From: a virus
DNA: 64,000 bases
Reading direction: 5' to 3' (one strand)
Virus record (IMG/VR): IMGVR_UViG_3300035670_000179
Location: 2,501 to 66,500 of that record
Below the pieces are notes generated by a model. It had not been told where the DNA came from. It was given only the letters and a program-made list of their open reading frames with translations, and ran no database searches. This document shows, one piece after another, positions 8,894 to 18,568 of this stretch (positions are counted from its first letter, which is position 1; every line of letters begins with the position of its first letter). Both the position numbers and the translations under genes were made by a program.

Positions 8894-8923
8894 AGTCTAG
8901 CAGTATTCAGGGGGTTGTGTCAA
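8894..8923 (-). promoter_or_regulatory. sigma70-type promoter
   Basis: TTGACA-N18-TAGACT. Confidence 0.6.
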
Positions 8924-8931
8924 GAGGGGTT

Positions 8932-10956
8932 TTATGATAGAGTTAAGTCTATTGAAAATCCATTTGCTTGAATTGTCAATATGTTTCCACTTACAGAAAA
9001 AGTAATGGACCCATTTCCCGTAGATAAAGATGCTGCAGTCACATCTCCAGTAAAAGTTCCATCATTTGCAGAAACATTTCCAGAAAAAACCCCATCATCT
9101 CCAGAAACATTTCCAGTAGCACTTACAGTTCCACTGAATGTTCCATTTCCACCAGATATATTTCCTGCAGTTGATGTAATATCTCCAGTTATATTAATTT
9201 CGCTAGGAAGTCTAGAATTATTTAAAGTTCCACTGGAAATATTAGTAGCATCTAAATTAGTAATTCCAGTCCCAATTCCACTAAGATTTCCTGATGCAGT
9301 CAAATCTACACAATTAACATTTGTTAATGATGTGATATTATTTGCTGAAAAATTTCCAGATAAAGTAACGTCAGAGGGAAGTCTAGAACTATTTAAAGTT
9401 CCACTAGAAATATTATCAGCATTTAATGTATTAATTGTAGAACCATCTCCACTAAATCTAGTTGCGGTTAGAATACCAGCAGAGTTTAATTGTATATTGT
9501 TAGTTGCAATTAAAGTTGGGAATGTTGCAATACCAGTAATGCTAATATTTCTAGACGAGATATCTTGTCTTGCTACAATATTTCCAGTGCTTGTAATTCC
9601 AACCCCACCACCAGCATTTAGTGGGTTTGTTCCAATTTGCAATCCATATGATGTTGATGGACTTGCAGTAAAAATTCCAACCGTACTATTAAATGTGGCA
9701 GAACCTGGAACTAGAATACTTGCAGTATTAAAAGAACCATTAATAGTTACATTTCCAGCGACAGAAAAATTACCACCAACAAAAGAATTTGAAGTAACTG
9801 TAGAGGTGCCAACAACATGCAAATTACTTTCAGGATTATCTAGATTAATACCCAACTTTCCATCAGAAGTTAGAGTCATCAAGTTAGTTGATGTTCCTTG
9901 TAACCAATAATAATTTCCAGCTCCACCAAAGATATTATTATAATAATTAAAGTTTCCACTATCATAATTAATAATATCTAAAGATTGTTCCGTACTAAAT
10001 GTAAACCCACCATCAGTATTTCCAAATCTCAATTCTCCATTTCCATCATTTGAAGTTGCACTTCTACCGAAAGTAATTCTAGATGGGAAACTACCATCGC
10101 TAGTAAGTCTTAGTGAACTAATGCCAGACCTTCTTATATGTAAATCAGCATTTGTTACATTTGTTCCTACTCCTATAAACCCTTCTGAATGAAGAATATT
10201 TGTAATTGTAGCAACACCAATTCTAGAACCGGCAATATTAATTGTAGAAGTTGGAGTTACATCATTTGCGGTTGCTGCTACCCCAATTAAAGTTCCACTA
10301 AAGTAATTTTGTGCCGTTACAATTCCACTGATGTTTAAATTTGCTGGAAGTCTAGAATTATTTAAAATTCCTAGACTTATATTTGAAGCATCAATTGAAG
10401 TAATTAATGAACCAATTCCAGTAAAGTTACTTGAGGTAATAATACCAGTTGCAAAAATATCACCTAGACTATTGATACCAACTCCTCTTTGGAAAGAACC
10501 TGGACTATTATTTCCACCAACTTGTAAAACAAATCTTGGATCTATGGTTCCGATACCAACGAAACCTTGAGCATAAACACTGGTAAAACCTAAACCAACA
10601 TCAACATCTAACCACTGAGAAGTTGGTAAGTTTAATAATCTCCCTCCATCACCGTAATAAGTAACCACACCAGTTGTTGCCGTAATAATCCCAGAAGTGA
10701 TTGTAGTAATTCCTACAGCAATAAAATTTTGAGATTTTAAATTTGCAACGGTTGAAATTCCAGTTATATTTAAATTCTCAGATTCTATTTGTTTTGATAA
10801 AACGGCATCTGATACCTTTGCATTACCATAAACATCAAGAACCTCTGAAGGAACAGAGGTTCCGATGCCAACTAGACCATTTGGATTTACAATAAAATTA
10901 TCATCATCAACTTGAACACCATTTCTAAGGTTAAATGACTTTCTAATATTTGCCAT
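8932..10956 (-). CDS. tail fibre-like structural protein
   Basis: G/S/T/N-rich; repeated VGIGT..P motifs and three (DA)xNISxGxLNxSRLP repeats. Confidence 0.8.
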   Translation of the reverse strand: MANIRKSFNLRNGVQVDDDNFIVNPNGLVGIGTSVPSEVLDVYGNAKVSDAVLSKQIESENLNITGISTVANLKSQNFIAVGITTITSGIITATTGVVTYYGDGGRLLNLPTSQWLDVDVGLGFTSVYAQGFVGIGTIDPRFVLQVGGNNSPGSFQRGVGINSLGDIFATGIITSSNFTGIGSLITSIDASNISLGILNNSRLPANLNISGIVTAQNYFSGTLIGVAATANDVTPTSTINIAGSRIGVATITNILHSEGFIGVGTNVTNADLHIRRSGISSLRLTSDGSFPSRITFGRSATSNDGNGELRFGNTDGGFTFSTEQSLDIINYDSGNFNYYNNIFGGAGNYYWLQGTSTNLMTLTSDGKLGINLDNPESNLHVVGTSTVTSNSFVGGNFSVAGNVTINGSFNTASILVPGSATFNSTVGIFTASPSTSYGLQIGTNPLNAGGGVGITSTGNIVARQDISSRNISITGIATFPTLIATNNIQLNSAGILTATRFSGDGSTINTLNADNISSGTLNSSRLPSDVTLSGNFSANNITSLTNVNCVDLTASGNLSGIGTGITNLDATNISSGTLNNSRLPSEINITGDITSTAGNISGGNGTFSGTVSATGNVSGDDGVFSGNVSANDGTFTGDVTAASLSTGNGSITFSVSGNILTIQANGFSIDLTLS

Positions 10957-10978
10957 TTTTTCTGCGATTTATAACTAT

Positions 10979-13900
10979 TTAGATGATGCGGATAATGTAG
11001 TTGAGTGCTCTGTAAGGTGGTAAGTTTTCATGTGCTTCACTACCACCATTTGGATCTATAATTAATCCATGATTGTGAGACCCATCATCATTAATAGTAT
11101 GAATATGTGCTCCATTAGGTTGAATAGTGTGACTGTGGCTTGCTTCTGCTGTAATTGGGTGAGTGTGAGCAGGAGCTTGATTTATTGGGTGGTCATGATT
11201 TCCAACTGGATTAATTGGGTGAGTATGAGCACCACTTTGACCAGTATTTGCACCTCCTGAAGGACTATTAGCAACCTGAGCATTTGCTTGTCCTGTAGGA
11301 GCTCCTCTGAATGTAGTATCGACTCTCCAAGTATATCCATGAGAATGTTGACCCACAGGACCAACTTGACCTCCGTGGTTATGGCTTCCCCCACCTCCAG
11401 TTGTTCCACCATGCCCATGAACTCCACCGGGTTGAGTTGCTCCACCATGACTATGCCCACCATTCTCTTCTGCGTTATGGAAGTGTGTTCCATTAGGATT
11501 AGCTCCACCATGATTATGCGTACCAGCTAAATCCATCGTATAAGTATGACTATGTGATGGAATTTGTGCTATCTGTAAAGTAACAGTTGCGGCACCACCA
11601 GTAGAATTAATACCACTTAATGGGTATGATGGACTAGAACCAACAATAAATCTACTTCTTAAATCTGGGAGATTAAATGTAGTTGAACCATCACCTCTAC
11701 CATAAGTTTCTCCGATCAGATTAAACAAAGAGGAGTATTGGGTTCTACTTATTGCAGCACCGTTACAAATTCTCCAATCTCCTCCTGCTGGAGTGGAACC
11801 AGAAGGCCATAGCATAATACTTCCAACAGGGGAAATATTTGGAACCTCAAGGAAGTCTGCGGAAAGAGTTCCAGAAACATCTAAATCTCCAGTAACTGAT
11901 GCATTAGTGCTGATTGCAACAGTATTTCCTGTGGTCGCTGCTAATGTAAGATTTCCAGTAACTGAACGAATAGTTCTATCTTCAGCATCAGTTGTTCCTG
12001 TTGCAATTCCAATCTCACCAACCCAAGATTCACTAAATGGTCTAGAAGCAGAACCTAAGTAAGCACCTTCATCAGCATCTGGAACAATACCAGTATTTAC
12101 GGTAACTTCTCCAGAAAGAATTGTGTTTCCAGATACTGTTAGTGAATCTCCAACAAGCAAATCTCCAGTAATAGAAGCAGGAGTATCGGGATTTGTAATC
12201 TTAAAGACTGAATCTGCTCCAAGAGTTAGATTTCCTTTAATTCTAACTTCTTTATTGAATGTTACAGGACCATCAAATTGAGAAAGTAAAGTTCCTGAAG
12301 AACCACCTTCAACTAGAAGTTTTTGTTTGATTGTAACTTCATCAAATACTGCAGTAAGTGCAGATACATTTTGTCCCGTTACAGTTGGTTTTGGAATATC
12401 AAAGGAAATGATTTCTCCACTAGATGAAAGAGTTTTGGTATTTCCAGCAAATACATCACCATTATTGTTGATTCCATTATAAACAACAACACCACAAGTC
12501 CTTTCTTGTGCCTGTACTAAGAATGATTCTCTATCTGTGAGAGTTTTAACTTGAATTTGGGGAAGTGCTGTAGAATAGTTTCCTGGTCCATATCCAAGAT
12601 ATTCAAATGTATGACCTGAAGCACGAAGAATAGAAGGTCTTCTGAATTCAACAGGAATTGGTTTAATCTTACGAATGAGTGAATTTACTAAGTGTGTTTC
12701 TGGGCGAGTTCCGAGAACACCACGAATAACTGAGATTGAGGAATCATTAGAGTTACTAGTAACTCTCATAATCTCGTTATCAATCTGAACATAAGAACCT
12801 AGTGGAATTCTTCTTGAAGTTGAAATTCCTACTAGAGAACTAATCGAGAAACTATTTAAGGTTTCGTTAGTAATTGCAGTATTCAATCTGAATACTTCAT
12901 TATCATAAACGGTAGCATTTCTAATACCAAAGTTTTCTTCTGTAATGTCAGATACTGCTTCGTTTGAGGATAATCCGTGCTTGAAGATATATCCATTTGT
13001 TGCAGTAATTGAAAGTCCAGTATATGCAGTAAATTGAGTTACGCTATTTACATTTTGTACTAGATAATCTCCACGATTATTATTTGAAGAATCTACAATT
13101 CTAAACCTATTTCCAGCAAGCAATCCATGAGATGAGGAACAATTGACCGTAAGAACTCCAGTTGTTGTATTATAACTTGTTGAAGTAATTGTTATGGCAG
13201 GTCCAACTACAAATGCATATTGGGAATTTGTAATCGTTGTGTCTCCAGCAGTTTTTGCGATTGCAACTGCTGTAGAAGAACTTACACTAGTAATTCGATG
13301 ATATGTATCTGGAGTTGTTCCTGAACCAGTAAATTGGACAACATCACCAACGTTAGTTGAAATTCCTGCAGTTGTAATTGATAATGAAGCACCAGTACCT
13401 GGACCAATTACGGTGTCAAAATACAAAGTTCCTGTTGAATATCCAGAACCGGAAGAAGTTATAGTTGCAGAAGTTACTGCACCTCCAGATACAACTACTG
13501 TTGCTGTTGCACCTCTCCAATCGGAAAGTCCTACATTATTGAATAATCTTACATTATAGTAAGTTCCATTAGAATAACCACTTCCACCAGTTACAGTTCC
13601 ACTTACCACACCTGAGAGTCCATGTCTTCTATCAAATGTAATAGTTGCCGAAGAAGTAGATGAAGATACTGTAGAAATCTTAAGAGCACTTCCTGATGCT
13701 CTCATGAACTTATCAACAGTCTCTCTAGTAATGCTACTCTTAAGGTCGTTAGTAACTACATCACCAATTGGAGCACGTTTTGCAAATGTTGCTGCTGATG
13801 GCGGATTATCATTTACATTATCTCTATCAAGTTGTGGATACAAATCAACAGGACTTTGACTGTATTCGATATTTGTAAACTCTACAGGAACGGCATTACT

Positions 13901-16789
13901 TGCGTTTAGAGCATAAACATGATAAATTCCATCCTGAGTTCCTTGAATATATTCGGAAATGACTTCACTTCTATAAATGTAGATGTTTGATTGATTGTCA
14001 TTTCTTTCAAATCTACCAAGACTAGAAACCGTTCTAGTGCTTGTATTATTAATACAGTTTCCAACATTATGTGATATTCCATTTACATCAATAATGGAAT
14101 ATCTAAATGACATATCATCAGGAACAGCAGTTACTTCAAATGTTCCGTTATAACCAAGATTGTCTAGACCAATTGTATTTGTGGTACTTTGTACATTCTT
14201 GACAATAATTGTTTCGCCAACTTGAAGATTATGAGGTCTTTCTGCAATTACGGTAACAACATTTGCGGCAACAGTACAAGTACTGATAAATCTTGGATTT
14301 CTTTGATAATCGAAATCGCTTGCACTAATTGTTGTTAGTGAGAAATCTGCATCACTTCTAGCTCCTGTTGAACTAGATTCTTGAATAACAAATCCAGGCT
14401 CAGGGTTCTTAGAGTTTGTTGCTTCTTTTGGAATTACTACTCTTAACTTATAAATTTTCTCGTCGAGACTTCTTTCATCATTTACTCTCTTCACATATGC
14501 CAGGTCTGTAGATTCTCCAAGAGTTGCAACACCTCCAAGAGAACTTAGGGCATTATAAATTGCATTTCCACCCTGAACTGTAATATACCAGTTTCCTACA
14601 GTTGAGTTGTATTGAATTGGGGAACCAATTTCTCCAGATTCTTTATCTGATACTCTACTTGCAATTCTTAATTGTTGTCCGCCATAGACAGTAATTTCAT
14701 CACCGACTTGTGAATTTCTTCTTGAAGATGCTAGTTTTACTTGTGTAGAACTATGTCTGATTGCATAATAAATCGTGTTTGGATTAATATTTTCTGGAAG
14801 GTCTCCAATATCACTTGTGATGATTACTTTTTCTCCAGTTTGAATTGTATGAGAACCAATCGTAAAAATATTAGAACTTGGAGAACCAGAAACAGTATAT
14901 GATTTAGAGGATGATGTTGCAATATCATCCATTAAAATTCTTGCACCATACTCAGTTCCATCCAAGTTTACATATAATATGTCATTAGAACGAGCACCAA
15001 TCTTAAATCCCTGTGCTACTGAAGCAGGAGCAACAGATGTTTCGGCATTAAATCCAAACAGATATAAATGACTGCTGATACCTACTGATGTAGTCAGTCC
15101 AACGTCAATTGGCAACCAATCAATATCTTCTTGTACATTTGTATTAACTGCTCTTGGAGGAATGATAGAAGTTACATATGCCTTATCATCCTTTTCAAAT
15201 GCTTCCTTTCTGAAACCAGAAGAGTTTAGAGCAATCTGACCAAAGTTTGAGTTTGAGTTTGTGATACTGAAGTCTCCTCCAGTTTCGGCATCAAAGTGCT
15301 TATTGAAACCGATTGCGAATACGGAAACAACCTGAATGAATGCATCATTTGAAATCTTAATGTGGCTTGTTTCCCAACCTCTTCTGTAAATTGCTTCTGG
15401 GTCTAGGTGATAAATTCTAGATGCATCAGTTTGTGAAGCACCTGATGGAAGTGCAGAACCATAAACAGTAGTGATTGGAACTCCGTTATAAGTTCTTGTT
15501 GGTTTGTCATACTTAACAAATGCTCTATCGTCTTTCTGGAGGGATACGCCAGTAAACTGAGCAACAATCATACTCTTAAATCCTGATGCCTTTGAACCGT
15601 CTGCGTGCATCCCATTCATACCCCAGACGGAGCGGAGAGAGCAGTTAAAGACGTAAGGAGATGCACCAGTTACTGTATCGGTCTCTACGATAACTGTGGC
15701 ACCAGAGACGCTAGGATTGGCGTTTAGATTGATTGGGAAGGATGGAAGTAAATATGTGAAAGTTGTATCATCAATAACTTCCTGTACTTTTGTTGAGATG
15801 TTATAATTGGTCGTTGCAACTCCACGAATTTTGATGGGAGTTCCTACGTTCAAGTTATGTTCTCTAGAAGTAGTTACAGTAATTCTAGATGTTGCTGTTG
15901 AACCATTACCAGAAATGATATCTGCAATATCAATAGGGTCTGATGCAAATGCTCCAACAATTTCCCATTCAGGTGCTCTCTTGGCAAATCCATCAGGATT
16001 TTCTGGGAACTTATCTACAATTTCTCTATAAACATTAAATGCATTAGACAACTTGCTATAATACATATCAAGGTCTGTGAGACCATAATTTTCAATATCA
16101 TTTACACCATCAGCATACTCAAAGCAAGTTAGTTTATGGTGACTGAATACTGGAGTTGATTGATATTCTGAACCGAAAAGATTTGGATTAGTGTATACTA
16201 GTCCATTATCATCTCCATCAAAGAATGAAAACTGCCAGAAGTAGCAAGTACCAGTAAGTCTGAAAATTGCAGACTTATTTACATTTGGGTCAGTTGGATT
16301 AGGGACATACTTTGGTCTAATTTTTGTCTTTCTTAAATCTAGACCAACAAGTGAAATACCTCTAGGTACAACTACACCACCATAATAACTATTGAACTTA
16401 TAAAGAATATTATCTTCTTGTGTTAAGTCAAAGTTAGAATCTAGTGTAAGTGATAATGTTGAAACTGCTGGTGTTCCTACGCCACCAGTTCTAGGAACTG
16501 CATAGGCAACACCAGAGTTATCATAAATTGCCCATCCTGGACGGTTATCTACTACGTGCTCTCCTGGAAATAGGAGAATAGTAGTTTTTTCAATAATATC
16601 GTTATTATTTCCTCTTACATATGAGAATCTTGCTGCTTCAATAATTGCCCTTTGAATTGTTTTAAATGGGCGAGCAAGAGAATTGCCTTGATTATCAATA
16701 GAATCTGATGCGTCAAGGTCGCTAGGATTAACATAAAGAATACGTCCTTCAGTATTCTTTATAAAATTATCTAACTTATTTAAAGGCAT
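10979..16789 (-). CDS. large virion structural/tail fibre protein with C-terminal tail-collar domain and His-x-His needle
   Basis: 1936 aa; PVGSIMLW...CNGAAISRTQYSSLF..IGETYGRGDGSTTFNLPDLR collar; 13 HxH motifs; HENLPPY..LNYII end. Confidence 0.88.
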   Translation of the reverse strand: MPLNKLDNFIKNTEGRILYVNPSDLDASDSIDNQGNSLARPFKTIQRAIIEAARFSYVRGNNNDIIEKTTILLFPGEHVVDNRPGWAIYDNSGVAYAVPRTGGVGTPAVSTLSLTLDSNFDLTQEDNILYKFNSYYGGVVVPRGISLVGLDLRKTKIRPKYVPNPTDPNVNKSAIFRLTGTCYFWQFSFFDGDDNGLVYTNPNLFGSEYQSTPVFSHHKLTCFEYADGVNDIENYGLTDLDMYYSKLSNAFNVYREIVDKFPENPDGFAKRAPEWEIVGAFASDPIDIADIISGNGSTATSRITVTTSREHNLNVGTPIKIRGVATTNYNISTKVQEVIDDTTFTYLLPSFPINLNANPSVSGATVIVETDTVTGASPYVFNCSLRSVWGMNGMHADGSKASGFKSMIVAQFTGVSLQKDDRAFVKYDKPTRTYNGVPITTVYGSALPSGASQTDASRIYHLDPEAIYRRGWETSHIKISNDAFIQVVSVFAIGFNKHFDAETGGDFSITNSNSNFGQIALNSSGFRKEAFEKDDKAYVTSIIPPRAVNTNVQEDIDWLPIDVGLTTSVGISSHLYLFGFNAETSVAPASVAQGFKIGARSNDILYVNLDGTEYGARILMDDIATSSSKSYTVSGSPSSNIFTIGSHTIQTGEKVIITSDIGDLPENINPNTIYYAIRHSSTQVKLASSRRNSQVGDEITVYGGQQLRIASRVSDKESGEIGSPIQYNSTVGNWYITVQGGNAIYNALSSLGGVATLGESTDLAYVKRVNDERSLDEKIYKLRVVIPKEATNSKNPEPGFVIQESSSTGARSDADFSLTTISASDFDYQRNPRFISTCTVAANVVTVIAERPHNLQVGETIIVKNVQSTTNTIGLDNLGYNGTFEVTAVPDDMSFRYSIIDVNGISHNVGNCINNTSTRTVSSLGRFERNDNQSNIYIYRSEVISEYIQGTQDGIYHVYALNASNAVPVEFTNIEYSQSPVDLYPQLDRDNVNDNPPSAATFAKRAPIGDVVTNDLKSSITRETVDKFMRASGSALKISTVSSSTSSATITFDRRHGLSGVVSGTVTGGSGYSNGTYYNVRLFNNVGLSDWRGATATVVVSGGAVTSATITSSGSGYSTGTLYFDTVIGPGTGASLSITTAGISTNVGDVVQFTGSGTTPDTYHRITSVSSSTAVAIAKTAGDTTITNSQYAFVVGPAITITSTSYNTTTGVLTVNCSSSHGLLAGNRFRIVDSSNNNRGDYLVQNVNSVTQFTAYTGLSITATNGYIFKHGLSSNEAVSDITEENFGIRNATVYDNEVFRLNTAITNETLNSFSISSLVGISTSRRIPLGSYVQIDNEIMRVTSNSNDSSISVIRGVLGTRPETHLVNSLIRKIKPIPVEFRRPSILRASGHTFEYLGYGPGNYSTALPQIQVKTLTDRESFLVQAQERTCGVVVYNGINNNGDVFAGNTKTLSSSGEIISFDIPKPTVTGQNVSALTAVFDEVTIKQKLLVEGGSSGTLLSQFDGPVTFNKEVRIKGNLTLGADSVFKITNPDTPASITGDLLVGDSLTVSGNTILSGEVTVNTGIVPDADEGAYLGSASRPFSESWVGEIGIATGTTDAEDRTIRSVTGNLTLAATTGNTVAISTNASVTGDLDVSGTLSADFLEVPNISPVGSIMLWPSGSTPAGGDWRICNGAAISRTQYSSLFNLIGETYGRGDGSTTFNLPDLRSRFIVGSSPSYPLSGINSTGGAATVTLQIAQIPSHSHTYTMDLAGTHNHGGANPNGTHFHNAEENGGHSHGGATQPGGVHGHGGTTGGGGSHNHGGQVGPVGQHSHGYTWRVDTTFRGAPTGQANAQVANSPSGGANTGQSGAHTHPINPVGNHDHPINQAPAHTHPITAEASHSHTIQPNGAHIHTINDDGSHNHGLIIDPNGGSEAHENLPPYRALNYIIRII

Positions 16790-16825
16790 TTTATGACTTC
16801 TTTATGATTTGTCTTGTTTTATTTA

Positions 16826-17110
16826 TCAGACAAATTCTTCGTCATCCTGAGGCATATCTTCTGGATTTTCTAGATCTACAGGAAATAAGCAAGGGTGTAT
16901 TTCTTCATCTATAAGATAGAATGATTTTTGGTATAAGTCTTCTGGTTCCCATCTTCTCTGCAAGTCTGCCTTTCCAATAATTTCCAAATCTGTACTAGAT
17001 TCTTTTGGAAGTTCATCAAAAGTAAAAGGAATATGATTTATAAAATACATTCTCACAATCATACTGCCACGATTATACCAACAGTATGCCTGGGTGATTT
17101 TGTATTTCAT
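16826..17110 (-). CDS. cyanophage hypothetical protein
   Basis: Start MKYKITQAYCWY after ATAAATA; the longer ORF call overlaps the tRNA. Confidence 0.75.
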   Translation of the reverse strand: MKYKITQAYCWYNRGSMIVRMYFINHIPFTFDELPKESSTDLEIIGKADLQRRWEPEDLYQKSFYLIDEEIHPCLFPVDLENPEDMPQDDEEFV

Positions 17111-17133
17111 AAGATTTTTTCTTATATTTATTA

Positions 17134-17208
17134 TGCTGGTGGAGGGATTTGAACCCACACTGTACCGATTTTGAGTCGGTTGCCTCCTGCCAATTGCGCT
17201 ACACCAGC
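17134..17208 (-). tRNA. tRNA-Leu(CAA), short variable loop, no encoded CCA
   Basis: GCTGGTG/CACCAGC-A acceptor stem; ACCGA-CTCAAAA-TCGGT anticodon arm; GGTTCAAATCC T-loop. Confidence 0.92.
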
Positions 17209-17217
17209 GTTGAAGGT

Positions 17218-17252
17218 ATTGTAAGAGACTTGAGTTTGTTTGTCAAGTCTCT
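17218..17252 (-). promoter_or_regulatory. sigma70 promoter for the tRNA, overlapped by a 10 bp inverted repeat
   Basis: TTGACA(17241-46)-N17-TACAAT(17218-23); IR AGAGACTTGA/TCAAGTCTCT. Confidence 0.8.
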
Positions 17253-17258
17253 ACTAGA

Positions 17259-17468
17259 TTATTTGTTCTTATAAGTTGCCGGATGATACTTTAGATACTC
17301 AAAGAAAGTAAGTTTCATTTCTTTTTGTGTCATTCCACAGTGCTTTGCTGCTGCTGGAAGTGTCATCGTGCAAGAAAAGAGAGCTTCGTTCGCCTCTTTT
17401 ACATTTTCTGGAGTTGTCTTCACTGGAGGTTCATAAAGCATATTGTAGTTGATTTTATATGGGTTCAT
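17259..17468 (-). CDS. small hypothetical protein, possibly HTH-like
   Basis: MTLPAAAKHCGMTQKEMK segment. Confidence 0.7.
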   Translation of the reverse strand: MNPYKINYNMLYEPPVKTTPENVKEANEALFSCTMTLPAAAKHCGMTQKEMKLTFFEYLKYHPATYKNK

Positions 17469-17734
17469 AGTGTATCAGGTGTACTTAAATTTGTCAAGGC
17501 ATCATCAGACATTTCTTTTGCAGTCTTGATTGGTGCATTTTTAACAATATCAAACTTAGTTCCAGAAATTACACCACCTTCGGCAGTAATTCTTTCTACC
17601 TCCTTCTTTACAATTTCTGATATTGCTTCTTTACATCTAGTGTAGACAATATCTTCAATATGCTTTTGTGGGTCTACAACTTTCCAACGAAGTGCTTTAT
17701 CTTGTGCTGGTGTAAGAGTAATTGTGTATTCCAT
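17465..17734 (-). CDS. small fibre-associated protein (paralog of 18297-18536)
   Basis: MEYTITLT..Q.KAL...DPQ..IE shared with the paralog. Confidence 0.75.
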   Translation of the reverse strand: MEYTITLTPAQDKALRWKVVDPQKHIEDIVYTRCKEAISEIVKKEVERITAEGGVISGTKFDIVKNAPIKTAKEMSDDALTNLSTPDTL

Positions 17735-17766
17735 AATGTTTTTCAGGGTTTTGTGTATTTATCCTA
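17723..17766. repeat. 44 bp direct repeat, copy 1 (gene end + TAAATA late promoter + next start)
   Basis: Matches 18525-18568 with one mismatch. Confidence 0.9.
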
Positions 17767-18295
17767 TAAGAAATCCCCAAAATTGAGACTCTTGTGTTGA
17801 AATACTGTATGATGCATCGGAATTAGAATAGACAAATACTTGGACATAATCATTAGCAGACAATGAAATTATCCCAGTAATATTTAAAGTTACATAGTTA
17901 CCAGTAGTATTAACTACATTAAAAATAGAATGTCCAAATGTTGCAGAACTTGTAGTTCCATTGACTCCAAAATATAATCTAAAGTACTCTGCAGCAACTG
18001 TCATATTTAATCCGTTTATTCTTGTATTAGATCCAAATAAGTAATTTCCTAAAATTGGAGCAGTAAATCCCTCAAGTGTCGTATTATAATTTCCACCAAC
18101 ATTAATAATTGAGGTATTAAAATCAACTAAAGAATTACCAGTAACGGTTATTGATTGAGTTGCACTACCACGACTTTGAAACAAAGGTTTACTTGGCATT
18201 AAAACTCTTCCGCCAGAATCTATGGTAAATGCAGTAGAACCTGTACTACTTGCAATAGTATTTACATTAATTAAATCTACATTTAAGACGCTCAT
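17759..18295 (-). CDS. C1q-like domain fibre head protein
   Basis: FN...NVGGNYN..EGFTAPILGNYLF...LSANDYVQV...FWGFLIG. Confidence 0.85.
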   Translation of the reverse strand: MSVLNVDLINVNTIASSTGSTAFTIDSGGRVLMPSKPLFQSRGSATQSITVTGNSLVDFNTSIINVGGNYNTTLEGFTAPILGNYLFGSNTRINGLNMTVAAEYFRLYFGVNGTTSSATFGHSIFNVVNTTGNYVTLNITGIISLSANDYVQVFVYSNSDASYSISTQESQFWGFLIG

Positions 18296-18296
18296 A

Positions 18297-18536
18297 TTAT
18301 TCCTCTAACTCTCTTTCTGCTGCACTTTTGATGGTTGCTGCCATTACAATATCTTCTTTAGTTCCAAAAAGTTCTCCATTCTCTTCATCAATTCTATCGA
18401 CTTCCATTTCAACGATTTCATCAATTGCGATTCTACACTGATTAAAAACAGCGTTTTCTATCCATTCTTGTGGGTCATAAGCAATATGAGAAAGTGCTTT
18501 GTTTTGAACTTCTGATAGTGTAACTGTGTATTCCAT
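18297..18536 (-). CDS. small fibre-associated protein (paralog of 17465-17734)
   Basis: MEYTVTLSEVQNKAL...DPQEWIE. Confidence 0.75.
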   Translation of the reverse strand: MEYTVTLSEVQNKALSHIAYDPQEWIENAVFNQCRIAIDEIVEMEVDRIDEENGELFGTKEDIVMAATIKSAAERELEE

Positions 18537-18568
18537 AATGTTTTTCAGCGTTTTGTGTATTTATCCTA
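18525..18568. repeat. 44 bp direct repeat, copy 2
   Basis: Matches 17723-17766 with one mismatch. Confidence 0.9.

Noticed and set aside
17111-17158. N-terminal extension of the 16826-17158 ORF
   Set aside because: Overlaps the tRNA and lies upstream of the late promoter; the real start is more likely 17110.
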